This document shows positions 62,255 to 64,000 of a stretch of DNA of 64,000 bases, piece by piece. The position numbers and the translations under genes were made by a program. Below the pieces are notes generated by a model that saw only the letters and a list, made by a program, of their open reading frames with translations, was not told the DNA's origin and made no database searches. Each line of letters opens with the position of its first letter. The stretch's first letter is position 1. The stretch comes from Anolis carolinensis (lineage: Eukaryota): NCBI RefSeq assembly GCF_035594765.1, contig NC_085845.1:58088024-58152023 (forward strand), in the 5' to 3' direction.

Positions 62255-63850
62255 TGTGATCGAGGTGAATGTTTTAAAAATCCCTCTAACTGCCTTTAAA
62301 TATGAGGAGGGCATTACAGAGTCCAGGGGACCTTCCAGGCACAGCTGAAGAGATCCAGAGGACCGGACCCAACCACCTGACTGATGACATCAGACCAGAC
62401 TGCAAGACCCATAATCCATACCTGCCACCATGAACAGTTCTAAGACCTGGGTAAGGGCTCTCGGAGTGCGCTGTGGATTTCATGCAGCAGCTAGAACCCA
62501 GAGGCCATTGGAGATGGTCCTGTGAGGGTAAGCCGGGACCCCCAGTCACCCAGAAAAGACAGCCCCACCTGTGGCTGATCTGAGACCCCTACCGGGGAAG
62601 CAACACCATCTGCCTGGCTCAGGGGCTAGAGACTAAGACACTGCTGAAAGGATTCTTGCACATGGCAGGCTTTTATGGCCAGACCACCGTATAGTGCCCT
62701 CCAGCTGGCCTGGTTCTGCCCTGGCAAGGGGCTACTGAGTGCAGGTCTGCCTTTGACGCTGCCAAGGAGGCCCTCATGACATCACCAGGGGACAGAATTG
62801 GCCGCCATGGCAGGAGATGTCCCAGAAGAAGTGAACAGGATTCTACCAGTGACCACCATGAGGGAAGGATGTTCCGCCCTCACCAGAGCTGTGCCAAAGA
62901 AGAACCCCAGGACTGCTGGAGCCCTCACAAGGTATGAGTGACTTCCCTGACTAACCCCACCACGGGAGGGAGGGGGGGCTTATAATCTGTCCTTAGTTTC
63001 CCTAGGCACTCTCTCCTTTCCGTCTCCTCTGTTGGAGTGCTGGACCTGCCTGCAGTCACCAGGAGGCGCCGTGCTGTGAGGCGCAGAAGCTGTGCCCAGT
63101 TGCCCCCAGCTGCCAACTACAAAGGGGGGCCCAAGCTGCAGCCAAGAAAAGGCAGCCAAATGGGAGTACTGCATCACAGCCTCCATCATCCCCAGCCCTC
63201 ACCACCTCCACCTTCATGCTCCATTTCCCATGACTCCAGACCAAGGGACACCTGCTTCAACACCATGTGATCACCCACCACTGACTGAACCTCAGCTTTC
63301 ACCTCTTCAAGCTCCTGCCCTCCAACAAAAAGGCACAATCTGATCTACCAAGGCAGAGGCCCTGCATGCAGTGAAATGTCGGGGCTTTGGGAAATGTTCA
63401 TAGCCATTTCCAAGCCCCGAAGGGGGGAAAATGTGATCGAGGTGACCACCCTCCCCCCCAGGACTTTGTAAAAGATAGTTCAAAAATCAAGACTTTATGT
63501 TCTATATTCCATATATTTATAGTAGAAGGTGATTGAGACTTTTTACTGGAGTTTACTGTGACTCTCTGCACAAAAGGTGTTTGACCTTTTAGCCTGAGGC
63601 AAGAGATAACAACTTCATGAATTGTAAAGCCATGCTGCTAAAACTCCACTTTTATGAATTTCCATGCTGGGTTCTCCAGATGTTATGAACTTTGTTCTTA
63701 TCAAATATTTTCAATTGTTTATATCATTCATGATTCCCCTTTATGCAATGTAACTCACTTTTATGGATTCTCCCTTATTTCCATGAAATCTATCTATCTG
63801 CCTATATGTATTTGTACTCTTTGGGATCCCCGGAAAACATGTATTTTTCC
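62255..63850 (+). mobile_element. Deleted Gypsy-type LTR retroelement
   Basis: TGTGATCGAGGTGA at 62255 and again at 63432 right after a polypurine tract (GAAGGGGGGAAAA); internal ECRSAFDAAKEALMTSP RT-connection fragment; right end uncertain. Confidence 0.6.
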
Positions 63851-64000
63851 CAGCATGGTTTATATTCCAACTTTATTTTATTTTTTCATTTTATTTCATA
63901 TAATTGTCAAGTCATGAAATCAAATAGGAAATATTTTGAACTCAACCTGAACCCCAGAACCTATCCCATTTCCTATGACCCAGGCTTCCCTTCCCAAAAA

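Overview
AT-rich, repeat-dense vertebrate genomic DNA. The repeat content (Sauria SINE, a second tRNA-derived SINE, young CR1 and L1, Penelope, Helitron, many MITEs) points to a squamate, most likely an Anolis lizard (inference). The window holds essentially the whole SH3RF1 (POSH; RING + 4xSH3 E3 ligase and JNK scaffold) gene on the minus strand. There is a putative non-coding exon 1 in a CpG-rich island (~58.3-58.9 kb) and 11 coding exons from 50055 (ATG) to 2018 (TGA). All junctions are GT-AG and phase-consistent, giving 2619 nt or 872 aa. The introns and flanks are filled with transposable elements. Notable observations: (1) a doubly truncated, nearly intact L1 ORF2 segment sits between two copies of a 307-bp target duplication and has no poly-A tail; (2) intron 2 has a candidate AP-1/TATA internal promoter with an in-frame micro first exon that would give a RING-less POSH; (3) there are hammerhead-ribozyme motifs in Penelope remnants, including a palindromic double-hammerhead element; (4) there is a fold-back mariner built from two 3' ends, a perfect 90-bp palindrome, a chain of uORFs before the start codon, and a MITE-derived minisatellite next to exon 1. 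Repeat family names are from recognition of motifs, not from database searches. No prokaryotic-type system (CRISPR etc.) is present.
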